NCBI GenBank assembly: GCA_965228735.1
Contig: OZ245838.1
Location: forward strand, 3,776,001-3,840,000
Direction of reading: 5' to 3'
Source: Planctomycetota bacterium
GTDB lineage: Bacteria > Planctomycetota > UBA1135 > UBA2386
Length of the DNA: 64,000 nucleotides
Below are positions 1 through 11,231 of the stretch, one piece after another. The position numbers and the translations under genes are program-made. The stretch's first letter is position 1; each line of letters begins with the position of its first letter. A model generated the notes under the pieces. That model saw only the letters and a program-made list of their open reading frames with translations. It was not told the origin of the DNA and ran no database searches.

Positions 1-587
1 GTCTTGAGGAAGTGCTCGTAGGCGCCCTTCTGTTCCTTCTCGGGCATCGCCGCGAAGAACTCGGCGACCTTGTCCCAGCGCGACAGCGTCACGTCGCGTT
101 GGAACATCTCGAGCTCGCGCTGCAGCGTCTTGGTCTTGAGCTCCGCTTCGGCCGCGGCCTTCTCGGCCTCGGTCGGTTCCTTCTCCTCGTCTTCAACAGT
201 CGGCGCCTCGACCTTGGTCGGATCGACGCCGAGTTCCGCGATCACGGCCTCGCGCAGGTCATCGTCGATCTTGCCCTCTTCTTCGGCCGGGTCGTACGGC
301 TTGAGCTCCGGCGCGGCCCACGCGGCGAGCACGGAGGACGGCCGCCGGTCGAACACGAGCCCCTTCCATTTGGTCAACTTCTCTGCAGCTGCCGCCGCTT
401 CGGGGTCGTCGGTCGCCGGCGTGGCCGGCGTCGCGAGCGCATCGCCGCCCTGAATCACGACCCCGGGCGGCAGGGTCGCGCTGGCGCTCGAAGTGCGAAG
501 CAGCTGGATCGGAGCAGGATTCTGCGCCAGGACGGCCACGGTCGGCAGCCAGGCGCAAGCGAGGGGCAGGGCGAGTCGCAGGTTCAT
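1..587 (-). CDS. Secreted hypothetical protein (5' part; runs off the window edge)
   Basis: Read by hand from ATG at 587: MNLRLALPLACAWLPTVAVLAQNPAP...KWKGLVFDRRPSSVLAAW. Signal-peptide-like N-terminus and host-like codon usage. Absent from the ORF track, consistent with its stop lying outside the window. Confidence 0.75.
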   Translation of the reverse strand, partial: MNLRLALPLACAWLPTVAVLAQNPAPIQLLRTSSASATLPPGVVIQGGDALATPATPATDDPEAAAAAEKLTKWKGLVFDRRPSSVLAAWAAPELKPYDPAEEEGKIDDDLREAVIAELGVDPTKVEAPTVEDEEKEPTEAEKAAAEAELKTKTLQRELEMFQRDVTLSRWDKVAEFFAAMPEKEQKGAYEHFLK

Positions 588-1010
588 CGCGTGTCGGCTC
601 GTTCGAAGGGGTCGCGCGGAAGATGGAAGGTAGCACAGAGCCTCCCCAGGGACGCCGTGTCAGGTCTGCACTTCCCGGATTCCGGGGTGGGGTGGCGGGG
701 AACGGCAGAATCGTTACTCGGGTGGGGCGAAGCGCAGGCAAGCCCGTTCAGGCGGGGCCTTCGGCAAGGAGACAGATCCGCAGCCCGGAGCCCAGCACGC
801 TTAACTGTTCAACGCCAAAGACTCACCCGGATCACTCCAGAACCGAAGTCGTCCTATCAACTCTCCGTTACCCGAGGCTCTGTGGCATCAGAACGTCTCA
901 CGGAAACGACTCGCGGCCATACCAACATCCCCGTACTCTTCAGCCCAACACCAGCCAAACCGGATTATAGCCCTGCTCTCGCCTGAACTGGCTGACGGCG
1001 CGACGTAGGT

Positions 1011-1544
1011 CTATCGATAGGTCGTTTGGGCCTCGGAGCGGGCGCGCTCAAAAAGAGTAGTAGGATCGAACCGCCCCCCACGACATTCTTCGAGATCTCT
1101 GGCCTGGCGCGCGAGCTCTCTCTCAACCGTGAGGACGTCGCCGTTGTCTTGATCGAATCGCTCGGCAGCTTCGTACGCTCGCCTTGCCGACCAACCAGCG
1201 TTCTCCGGGCCCATGCCGAGCGCGAGCCTTGCTGCATATGCCAAGCAAGCGAGTGCATCTTCAGCACAGTCAGCCCAGAGTTCCCCCTCTTGCTCGGACA
1301 GCGCGTCCATCATACGCAGGGCGCGAGATTCGAGTCGCTTCCAAGAGTCGTTGTCTTCGGATACACGACCCAAGAGCGCCCACGCCTCGCTCGTGATCAC
1401 GTCGTAATCACCGAATTCGGTGCTTGCACGCCTGACTGCTGGAGCCACGCGGGTAGCACACGCCAGCGCAAAGGCCAAACCCGGAATCAAACCCATGCTC
1501 TGGGTCATCGCGATAACAGCCTGTTCGTCGAAGTCCCTAGTCAT
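1011..1544 (-). CDS. DUF416/YjaG-like putative immunity protein
   Basis: All-helical 177 aa with AFALACATRVAP (AFAxxCxxR-like) and a C-terminal 'ERELARQARDLE' pattern. Starts 18 bp after a toxin tip. Confidence 0.65.
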   Translation of the reverse strand: MTRDFDEQAVIAMTQSMGLIPGLAFALACATRVAPAVRRASTEFGDYDVITSEAWALLGRVSEDNDSWKRLESRALRMMDALSEQEGELWADCAEDALACLAYAARLALGMGPENAGWSARRAYEAAERFDQDNGDVLTVERELARQARDLEECRGGRFDPTTLFERARSEAQTTYR

Positions 1545-1562
1545 GTCCCGTATTCAACGGCC

Positions 1563-1904
1563 TTACCATACCGCGAGGTTCGGAGCAACGATCGTGCCCC
1601 CAGTGCTTAGAATCATACCAACGCAGTTTTCGCAGAACGGCCGACTCGTACCAAGCTCAGACGGAGCGAGTCCGTTGCTGAAAGCATAGTCGAGAACTGT
1701 CTTTTCGGCATGCCCCGGCCCCTTAACGGGCGACTCGCCAGCGTTGAGAGCCCCTCGCTGAGCAGGGTTCAAGTTGCGGCCTCCCCCTCCGACGATGATT
1801 CGACCAGACTTGGTCCGGAGGACCGCCGTTGTTCGCCTGTCTTGTGCAATCGGGTCCAATACTCTGTGAACTTGACCTGCACGCGTTGCGGGGTTACGGC
1901 TACC
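1563..1904 (-). pseudogene. Polymorphic-toxin C-terminal zinc-dependent deaminase domain, 5'-truncated by IS3
   Basis: HAE (GHAEKTVL) and SRPFCENC (PxCxxC) motifs of the CDA/deaminase fold. The frame is cut at the IS3 end at 1906. Confidence 0.75.
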
Positions 1905-1935
1905 CTGAACCGCCCCGGGTTCTCCGGAGGCTCGG

Positions 1936-3161
<1,226 letters not shown>

Positions 3162-3211
3162 CGCTACATCCTCTCACGTCTGGGAGCCTCCGAGAAACCC
3201 GGGGCGGTTCA

Positions 3212-5180
3212 GTTCCACGCGCCGGAAGACCGAGAACACGGCTTCGCAACGATCACCACCAACGACCAGACGGTTAGCTACGACATCGAGGGGCACGGTT
3301 TCCGCGACTGGCTTACCCACTCCTACCTAGAGGCATCAGGAAGAGCTCCGGCCAAGGACGCTTTGGCGACAGCGATTGCAACGCTCAAGGCAATAGCGAT
3401 ACATCGCGGCGATGAACATGTGGTAGCGATTCGCGTCGGAGTTGACTCTGGAACAACGTATCTCGATCTGGGGAGCGACACCGGCGAGGCCGTGAGGATC
3501 GGCAAGGGCACGTGGGAAGTCGTTCGCTCGCCACCCGTTCGGTTTCTCAGACCGCGAGCAATGCGGCCGCTCCCCGTCCCGGTTCCGGGTGGCGATATCG
3601 ATGAACTCCGGAAGTTCATCAACGTCCGAGATGAAGCATCCTGGAAGCTACTTCTGGCTTGGCTCGTATGCGCCCTTCAGCCAACCACGCCCTACCCGAT
3701 CCTCGCGATCAATGGACAGCAAGGCTCGGCCAAATCCACGACAACCTCGGTCGTTCGACAACTCATAGATCCGAATCAGGCGAATCTACGACGCCCGCCA
3801 ACGTCGGAGGAAGACCTCATGGTCTCCGCGAGATCGAATCATTTTCTCGTGTTCGAGAACGTCAGCACTCTTCCCAACTGGCTGAGTGATGGGCTTTCCG
3901 CGCTCAGCACGGGCAGCGGTCACGCCACACGTCAGTTATACACTAACCACGAAGAGAGCGTCACGCAGGCACAGCGCCCGATCGTTCTCAACGGCATTCC
4001 GTCACTTGGGACGCTCGGCGACTTCCTTGAACGTTGCGTCAGTCTGGAGCTACCTCCGATCACCGCCGAGCAGCGAATGACTGCGGCCGACCTGGAAGCC
4101 GGTTTCCTGGCTTCACGTCCGCGAATTCTAGGGGCGCTGCTCGACGTCACAGCGAAGGCGAACGCCGCTCTGCCCAAGACCAAGCTGAATGAGATGCCTC
4201 GGATGGCGGACTTCGCACGATTAGGAGTCGCCGTGGAGCGAGCATGTGCGTGGCCTGACGGCAGCTTCTTGTGTGCCTACTCCGAGAACCTGAACAACAT
4301 GAGCCGGCTCGCGCTCGATTCAGGACTCGGCAATGCGCTGGTCCCGCTCGTTCAGAGGCAGCTGGCGTTGCGAGCGCCCAATCTCGAGTGGAAGGTGAGC
4401 ATGGTAGAGCTGCTGCGAAGACTCCGCGACTCCGATCAAGGGGACCGTGATCAGCGAAGGTGGCTCCCATCCAACGGGCGGAAGCTGAGAGCGGACCTAG
4501 ACCGCCTCGCTCCGAGCCTGTCAGCCATTCGAATCATCATCGAGTTCTCTCGCGATCGAACTGGCTCGAACGTGCTCTTCAAGCAGCTTGAGCAACCGCA
4601 TGGACGCGATACCAGGTCCGGTGGCTCGGCGCTTCAGGCAGACACGGAAGAGGAGAGCGAGCAAGACAACCAACAATGGCGCCCGCTTCCTCACGGTCGC
4701 AGCCAGGCCCATCCCTCGGAGAGCATCTCGAAACTCCTCCTGCGACTGCATTCCGAACACAAGGTCCTGCTACGCCTGAGCGACGACCACCTCTCCGTGG
4801 AGATGGACGGCGACTTGCCCGCTGACCTAATGCAACGAGCGTGCTCTCGACATCACGAGGTCCTTCAACACCTGCAAGCCTCGCCCGGAGCTCACATCCT
4901 CGACTACCCGGATACCGAACGCCTTCTTCCGCACGAGTTTCAAGAGCTCAGAATCAAGGAACGAACTTCGATGGGGAAGATCAGCGCTACGGCAGCCGGC
5001 AGCGGTCATCGCTTGCGCTGGCACACTGAACCAACCGGTGAACGGATGCGAGAGATCGCGGACAGCATCGAAAACGACGTGAAAGCCGGCAAGATCCTCA
5101 CGCGAGCGGCACGCAAGGCGAAGGAGAGAGAGGAGCAGCAGGAATCCCATCAGGCACCCTCTCGACTCCCAGCGTCGTAG
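3212..5180 (+). pseudogene. Mobile-element P-loop ATPase / helicase-like replication protein, 5'-truncated by IS3
   Basis: Walker A GQQGSAKS, LVFENVS (Walker-B-like), R-x-LYTN and RPIVLNGI, typical of phage/ICE ATP-binding proteins. The native start is replaced by the IS. Confidence 0.7.
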
Positions 5181-5181
5181 C

Positions 5182-6714
5182 ATGCTTATCGTGATCCACC
5201 CCTTCGTCACCAACCCCGACCTCTGGAACCCGTCCACCCGGGCTCGAAGGGACCCGAACGACCGCTTCCGACTCCGCCCCGCCCCTGCACCAACGGGGCC
5301 GCCCACCACGAAGCACGAACGCCGCCCCCCAGTCCGCGACCTCCGCCGCCCCGGCGACCCGCTGCAGGCGTCCCGTGCCGCCTCCACGCTGCTCCAGTTC
5401 ACCGAGCGGCAGATCGCCAAGCTCAACTCCAGGGAAGCGCGCTTGCACGGCAAGCGGCGGCGCACGAACCGCCGCCTCTGGTTCGACGACTCCCACTGGC
5501 TCGCCTGGACCATCTGCGGCGAGCTCGTCGTCGTCGAGGAGCTCGAACCCGGCTCGGGTCGCGGCAGCCCGGAGGTCCGGCGGCTTGAGCTCGAGGAGTA
5601 TCCAGACGTCTTCGCCGCCGACCGCCTCGTCACCGACGTGATCGCGCTCTACCAGGGCGACAGCCTAGATGGCCGGGCTTGGCGCTACATGGCGCACCAC
5701 GACCTCAGGGGCGCGCTGACGGCTGCCCTGGCGAGAGCCGAGGCCGAGGAGGCCAGACTCCATTCAGCAGCAGAACCAACAACCCCGGCCGCGGAGGCGG
5801 CCGAGAAGCCGGCGTCACGAGCGAAGCGGCCAGCCAGGAAGACCCGCCACAAACCACGCGGCAACTTCATCCTCTACCGCCGACCGCAGCCTGACGAAGA
5901 CCTCCCGGACTTCGCCGCAGTGCTGCAGCTGCCGCCCGTGCCCGCGGCGTTCCCGAACACCCGCTCGGCGCAGCGATTCCTCGACAAGATGCCCCGGCTG
6001 GGCCTGGACCCCGAAGGCCTGGTCGTTGCTCGGGTGATGCGTGAGGTGGAGGCGCAGCCGGTATTCCGGTCCGGGTTGCGACTACCCCGTGATCCGGAAG
6101 AACTGCTCGAACTCATCCGCCGAGAACCGCGAATCGTGCTTCCGGAGCTCAAGGCCGAATGGGTGCCGCGCTACGAGCTGCATGACGACGGCCAGTGGAG
6201 GAAGCAGGTCTTCCAGGTGCGGCGCACGGTCCGCACCGGCTGGCACGATGTGATCCTCCGTGAACTCGGGGATCACGTGAACGAAGCGGCGCCGATCTCC
6301 GAGGAGAACCAGGTGCGCCGGGCGCTGGGCGAACCCGAGTTCGTGACCGACGACGGCGCCGCCCTGACGCTGATGCAGAAGGCGGCGCGCCGGCTACCGG
6401 CAACTTGGCTCGAGCGGCTCGAGATGGTTCCTGGCGGCCTTCAACCACCGCTGCGCGTCCTTCAGGCCAAGTCCTACTCGCCGCCGAGCAGCGAGAAGGG
6501 GCACTGGCTACGCGCGCCCTACGAGTTCCGTGATCCGGATGCCGTCAGGCCGCAGCGGCAGTTGGTGGAGCTGCGGATCGACGACATTGCGGGGTTGCTG
6601 GAGATCGGGGGGTTGACGTTGCGGTTTCTGTTGGTTCGGGGAGTGGTGGATGGCGGGGTTCAGTGGGTAACGGCGGCCGGGAAGCCGGGTCAAGGCCGGA
6701 GCCGTAGTTCGTGA
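5182..6714 (+). CDS. Hypothetical protein (510 aa)
   Basis: Long ORF starting 1 bp after the ATPase stop, with GC-rich third positions. No recognisable motif. Confidence 0.6.
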   Translation: MLIVIHPFVTNPDLWNPSTRARRDPNDRFRLRPAPAPTGPPTTKHERRPPVRDLRRPGDPLQASRAASTLLQFTERQIAKLNSREARLHGKRRRTNRRLWFDDSHWLAWTICGELVVVEELEPGSGRGSPEVRRLELEEYPDVFAADRLVTDVIALYQGDSLDGRAWRYMAHHDLRGALTAALARAEAEEARLHSAAEPTTPAAEAAEKPASRAKRPARKTRHKPRGNFILYRRPQPDEDLPDFAAVLQLPPVPAAFPNTRSAQRFLDKMPRLGLDPEGLVVARVMREVEAQPVFRSGLRLPRDPEELLELIRREPRIVLPELKAEWVPRYELHDDGQWRKQVFQVRRTVRTGWHDVILRELGDHVNEAAPISEENQVRRALGEPEFVTDDGAALTLMQKAARRLPATWLERLEMVPGGLQPPLRVLQAKSYSPPSSEKGHWLRAPYEFRDPDAVRPQRQLVELRIDDIAGLLEIGGLTLRFLLVRGVVDGGVQWVTAAGKPGQGRSRSS

Positions 6715-6839
6715 CCCGCGTGCAGAAATGGCAGTAGGCATGCAGGACTCGAAGACCGCGGGGTCGCGCTAGCTAGGTTGTGACAGTCAGTGCGAGACCG
6801 TGTGACCGAGGGCATTGCACACTCTGTTGCACAGCCGAC

Positions 6840-8203
6840 GGGAGTGTGCGATGAACGGTGTATTCGCGTGACGGCTGGTGGGATCCTCTGACCCGTAGGG
6901 AGCCCACCGATGACCCCGAAGAAGAATGACCGCCACCGAATCCCAGACGAGCTGATCGACCAGCTCCTCGCCAACTACGAGAAGCCAGAAGACCTGACAG
7001 GAAAGGACGGCATCCTCAAGGAGCTGACGGCCCGGCTGCTCGGCCGAGCCCTCGAAGGCGAGATGACCGAGCACCTCGGCTACGAGAAGCACGCACCGCG
7101 TGCCGAGGGCACGACCAACGCCCGCAACGGATCGCGCAGCAAGACGATCAAGGTCGAGGACGGCGAGCTCGAGATCGAGGTCCCCCGCGACCGCGACAGC
7201 ACGTTCGAGCCCGAGATCGTCAAGAAGCGCCAGAGACGCTTCGCGGGCTTCGACGAGAAGATCCTGGCGCTCTACGCCCGCGGCATGACCGTCCGCGACA
7301 TCCAGGGCCACCTGGAGGAGCTGTACGGCGTCGAGGTTTCGCCGTCGCTGATCTCGAGCGCCACGTCGGCGGTCCACGAAGACGTCCTGGCCTGGCAGAG
7401 CCGACCGCTCGAGCCGGTCTACCCGATCGTCTTCCTCGATGCGCTCGTCGTGAAGGTGCGCGATGAAAGCGTCGTCCGCAACAAGTCGGTCTACCTGGCG
7501 ATCGGCGTCACGCTCGACGGCCGCCGTGAAGTCCTCGGGATCTGGATCGAGCAGACGGAGGGCGCCAAGTTCTGGCTGAAGGTCATGAACGAGCTGAAGA
7601 CGCGGGGCGTCCAGGACATCCTGATTGCGTGCTGCGATGGCCTGAAGGGCTTCCCGGACGCGATCGAGCACGTGTTCCCGCAGGCCACCGTGCAGACCTG
7701 CATCGTGCACATGATCCGGAACTCGCTGCGCTTCGTCAGCTACAAGGATCGCAAGGCCGTCGCCAAGGACCTCAAGCCGATCTACACGGCGGCCAACCGT
7801 GAAGCCGCCGAGGCAGCGCTGGATGCCTTCGACAAGAAGTGGGGCCGCCGCTACGAGATGATCACCTCGTCCTGGCGAGCGAACTGGGAGCGTGTCGTGC
7901 CGTTCCTCGACTTCCCGCCCGAGGTCCGGCGCGTGATCTATACGACCAACCAGATCGAGGCGCTCAACTCGAGCCTGCGCAAGCTGCTGCAGTACCGCGG
8001 CCACTTCCCGGACGACAAGTCCGTCACCAAGCTGCTCTACCTCGCGCTGCGTCGCTTCGAGAAGAAGTGGACGCGTGCGCTCTGGAATTGGAGCGCCGTC
8101 CTCGGGCAGCTCGCTATCTTCTTTCAAGGCAGGATACCTGCCCTGTAACCGTGACCTCACTCCGCCAGCTGGTCGCCGTTTACACCGTTAGCTGCACACT
8201 CCC
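6840..8203 (+). mobile_element. IS256-family element with 8-bp target duplication
   Basis: IRs GGGAGTGTGC-N4-AACGGTGTA at both ends. Duplication CAGCCGAC at 6832-6839 and 8204-8211. Confidence 0.95.
6910..8148 (+). CDS. IS256 transposase
   Basis: NARNG, VPRDR, LYARGMTVRDI, FLDAL, CDGLKG, QTCIVH and YTTNQIE motifs. Confidence 0.96.
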   Translation: MTPKKNDRHRIPDELIDQLLANYEKPEDLTGKDGILKELTARLLGRALEGEMTEHLGYEKHAPRAEGTTNARNGSRSKTIKVEDGELEIEVPRDRDSTFEPEIVKKRQRRFAGFDEKILALYARGMTVRDIQGHLEELYGVEVSPSLISSATSAVHEDVLAWQSRPLEPVYPIVFLDALVVKVRDESVVRNKSVYLAIGVTLDGRREVLGIWIEQTEGAKFWLKVMNELKTRGVQDILIACCDGLKGFPDAIEHVFPQATVQTCIVHMIRNSLRFVSYKDRKAVAKDLKPIYTAANREAAEAALDAFDKKWGRRYEMITSSWRANWERVVPFLDFPPEVRRVIYTTNQIEALNSSLRKLLQYRGHFPDDKSVTKLLYLALRRFEKKWTRALWNWSAVLGQLAIFFQGRIPAL

Positions 8204-8330
8204 CAGCCGACCGCCCGCGAATCGCGCCGCGGAGATGCAAGAAGCATGAACCGAACAAGTTGAACATGCCAAAGCGACTCCTCGGCGCACGCACTCACGC
8301 CCTTCTTCGCCATGGCTCTGCGAACACAGA

Positions 8331-8948
8331 CTACCTCGCCTTGGCGAGCGCTCGAACTCGCCGCGCCTCCTCGCGAGCTCTTGCGTAGCCCTCAGTGGCT
8401 TCTATCACTTGAACCTCCAACCTCCGTGCTGCTCGCTTAAGGCTATCGTCAGCATCCTCAGCGAAACAAAATCCGGCGTCCTCCCACCAAACCCTGCCCC
8501 AGTGATCCCGCACCAACTCGATGGCTCGCTGCGTGTGCCAACACAGTTCTGCCTCTGCTCGCAGGAACTTCGCGTAGACCTCGACGCCGTCGACTGGAAT
8601 AGCTCGCTCCACCCCCGCTTCGATCACGAAGTCGAACCAGCAAGAAGAGTCGGCCAAACTGCGTGGTTGTTCAACCACGCGGAGTAGTCGCGTCGCCGCA
8701 CCCTCCATATCGTTGAGGACCCTTAGTCTGCGTGCAACTTGCCCCACCGAAAAGAGATCACCCAAGTTCGCTGCATCAACGGAAGCAACCTCGACACGCA
8801 GCCTCCCAAGCTGTCCAACCATACGACCGAATTGCCTTTTCCATTCGCGTGCAACACTGTCAACGGCCTTCTCGTACGCAAACCACCCGGACGCGCCGAC
8901 TACGATTGCTAGCAGCATGGACACTCCGATCTTTCGAGCGCAACTCAC
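8331..8948 (-). CDS. Hypothetical membrane-anchored protein
   Basis: GTG start with an AGGAG RBS. One N-terminal hydrophobic helix (IGVSMLLAIVVGASGWFAY). Lower GC. Confidence 0.6.
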   Translation of the reverse strand: MSCARKIGVSMLLAIVVGASGWFAYEKAVDSVAREWKRQFGRMVGQLGRLRVEVASVDAANLGDLFSVGQVARRLRVLNDMEGAATRLLRVVEQPRSLADSSCWFDFVIEAGVERAIPVDGVEVYAKFLRAEAELCWHTQRAIELVRDHWGRVWWEDAGFCFAEDADDSLKRAARRLEVQVIEATEGYARAREEARRVRALAKAR

Positions 8949-9059
8949 TTATTATCTCCTCGACGCGCCGTCCATAACTGTCACGCAATGCCCCCGCGCC
9001 GCCTTCGCGGCAAAGCAACATTCGTTCTGTAAGAGCGAGCCCATAGTCGGCGAATCATT

Positions 9060-10235
9060 TCACTCAGCGTCCATGGAGAGATAGCGACGGCCAGTCACCC
9101 AGTCCTCGCTGATCTCCATGAGGACCGCGGTGGCGAGCCGGAGAAGAGAGGCGTCGTTGGGGAAGAGCGTCGCAACGCGGGTGCGGCGCAGGAGCTCCTT
9201 GTTGAGGCGCTCGAGCATGTTGGTCGTGCGAAGGCAGCGACGGTGCGTCGCCGGGATCGCGAAGACAGCGAAGCCGTCGGGGACGTTGTCGCGAGCCCAC
9301 CGGACAAAGTCGGGAGCGGTTTCCGCGTGATCCTCCAGAAGCCTATCAAGAAGCCGTTCGGCCTCAGGTCGGTCTGGAGCGTTGAAGACCGCACGAAGTC
9401 CACGAGCGATCGACGGGCGCAACGAGACGGTCGGCACTCGTGGAGCGGCGTTGCGTTGCAGGTGGAACTGGCAGCGTTGCCAAGCGACTCCGGGAAAGCT
9501 CGCCGCCAAAGCTTGGCGGAGGCCAGAGTGGTCGTCACTGACGATGAGTCCGAGCCCGTGCAGGCCACGTTCACGCAGGCTGTCGAGGAAGTCGCGCCAG
9601 TGGACCTCGGCTTCCGAGCGCGACACGCTGACGCCGAGGACCGAGCGATGGCCTGCATCATCGACGCCCGTCGCGATCAGGACGGCGGCGCTCATGACGG
9701 AGCCGGCGTGCCGGACCTTTTCGTAGCGGGCATCGAGGACCAGGTAGCGGCACCGGCCGAGCTCGCGCATCCGCCACTGCTGCAGCTCGTCGTCGAGTGC
9801 CGCGGCGGCCCGGGAGACCTGCTGGGACGACACCTGTACTCCGCAGAGCTCCTCGGTGATCGCGGCGACCTTGCGGGTCGAGACGCCCTGGACGTACATC
9901 TCGGCGACCGCGAGCTTCAGGGCGCGCTCCGAGCGAATCCCGCGTTCGAGTGCCGTCGGATAGAAGCGTTCGCCGTCGACGGCCTCGCGGACCTGCGGGA
10001 CGGCGAACTCGATCGCGCCGACGCGAGTCGCCACGGTCTTCGGCTTGAAGCCGTTGGCGTAGCCCCGTCGTGACTCGGTACGCTCGTTTGGACCGGCGCC
10101 CAGGAACGCGGATCGCTCGATCTTCATGGCCTCGTTCACGAGGACGCGGATCGCGTCCGCGATCCCTCCCAGACCCTGCGTTGCGATGGATTCCAAGACG
10201 GTGTCGAGCGTGCTACTTTCGGATTGGTGGGTCAC
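9060..10235 (-). CDS. IS256 transposase
   Basis: YANG, EMYVQGVSTRKV, LDARYEK, SDDHSGL, QRCQFH and RTTNMLERLNKE motifs. Confidence 0.95.
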   Translation of the reverse strand: MTHQSESSTLDTVLESIATQGLGGIADAIRVLVNEAMKIERSAFLGAGPNERTESRRGYANGFKPKTVATRVGAIEFAVPQVREAVDGERFYPTALERGIRSERALKLAVAEMYVQGVSTRKVAAITEELCGVQVSSQQVSRAAAALDDELQQWRMRELGRCRYLVLDARYEKVRHAGSVMSAAVLIATGVDDAGHRSVLGVSVSRSEAEVHWRDFLDSLRERGLHGLGLIVSDDHSGLRQALAASFPGVAWQRCQFHLQRNAAPRVPTVSLRPSIARGLRAVFNAPDRPEAERLLDRLLEDHAETAPDFVRWARDNVPDGFAVFAIPATHRRCLRTTNMLERLNKELLRRTRVATLFPNDASLLRLATAVLMEISEDWVTGRRYLSMDAE

Positions 10236-10307
10236 TTCGTTCTGCTTTCGTTGTGGTTAACAAAAGCTGAGCGTCGTGACTCGCCGACTTGAAGCATCCG
10301 TCCGCGC

Positions 10308-10384
10308 CGGCGGTGGTCGTCGCGGTCGGCCTGGCCACTGCACCCAGGGTGCAGCGCCCAGACCGACCGCGACGACCACCGCCG
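10308..10384. repeat. Long hairpin in the IS256 transposase leader
   Basis: 27-bp arms (26 matches) enclosing a CTGCACCC/GGGTGCAG inner stem. Confidence 0.8.
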
Positions 10385-10592
10385 ACTGCGTCAAGCTGCC
10401 TCGGGCGGTTTACAGAACGCATGCTGCACTACCGCCTTCGCGCAGCAGCATTCAGACTCCAACTCGAGTTTCTTACCGGCCAACCGGCCCCAGAGAGCCG
10501 CGCTACCTCACGTTCGCTGGCGAGAACCTTGAACTCGGCCCTCGGGCCGCTTCATTCGCGCGATGACGTGTCGCACGCAATCGCTCCTTATA

Positions 10593-11081
10593 CTATTCTA
10601 AGTATTTCCCACGCACTGCCTCCGAACCAAACTCCCCTCGACGCAACTCATAAGTAATCATAGCATGCGAGACGGCAACATTTAGAGAACCCACCCGCCC
10701 GTACTGCTGCAATTGCACCACGCCATCGCATCTTTGCAGAAACTCTCGCGGTAAACCGCTCGCTTCGTTGCCGAATACTAGCGCGGGAAAACCATCCCAA
10801 GAAAAGACTGTCGACAAGGCAGCACCTTCATCAATCTCAACCGCAATAGACCGCCGCCCCTCCCTCGCAGCCCAATCAAAAAATTCGTCGTCCGCCCGAA
10901 AATGCAATATCGGACACATTGTCTCAAGTTTGCGAGAGAACGCTTGCGTACCCTTACGAAAACGCCATGGCAACTCATGCCCAAGCATAATCACCTCTCT
11001 CCCACCCATGGCAACATGGGTCCGAACAATCATTCCTACGTTCTGAGGGCTCTTCAGGTTTCGCAAGACGGAGGCAAACAT
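10593..11081 (-). CDS. Stand-alone SPOUT RNA 2'-O-methyltransferase (SpoU/TrmH/TrmL-like)
   Basis: Motif 1 NLKSPQNVGMIVRT, motif 2 VFGNEASGL, motif 3 QYGRVGSLNVAVS. About 162 aa, catalytic domain only. Alternative TTG start at 11090. Confidence 0.9.
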   Translation of the reverse strand: MFASVLRNLKSPQNVGMIVRTHVAMGGREVIMLGHELPWRFRKGTQAFSRKLETMCPILHFRADDEFFDWAAREGRRSIAVEIDEGAALSTVFSWDGFPALVFGNEASGLPREFLQRCDGVVQLQQYGRVGSLNVAVSHAMITYELRRGEFGSEAVRGKYLE

Positions 11082-11231
11082 CTCTAACAATTATCATTCA
11101 TCAGAACGCCGAGCGAGAGTGCTCTAGATCCAATCGCCAACCAGCTCACTCACAGTTCTACCATCTGCACAGGAGACCGGCCAACAACTCCGCCAAGCAA
11201 TTGACCTGGACTCGACGGTCCGGCGCAAGCG

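Larger units (their letters stand above)
9009..10433 (-). mobile_element. Second, distinct IS256-family element with 8-bp target duplication
   Basis: IRs GGCAAAGCAACATTCGTTCTGTAA and GGTAGTGCAGCATGCGTTCTGTAA. Duplication GCCTTCGC at 9001-9008 and 10434-10441. Confidence 0.93.

Noticed and set aside
12..986. 324-aa plus-strand ORF
   Set aside because: It is the antisense shadow of the minus-strand gene at 1-587 and has no protein-like features.
6787..8160. 457-aa minus-strand ORF, and similar long ORFs such as 31659-34217, 34133-36028, 43742-45466 and 49613-51058
   Set aside because: These are antisense shadows of well-supported genes, as expected in high-GC DNA.
8331..10540. Weak similarity between 8331-8362 and 10503-10540 (CTACCTC...TGGCGAG...GAACTCG)
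   Set aside because: Too short and gapped to distinguish from chance.
8200..11230. Possible integron cassette array (GTTAGAG before the methyltransferase ATG)
   Set aside because: No matching RYYYAAC or attC hairpins after the genes, and no integrase.
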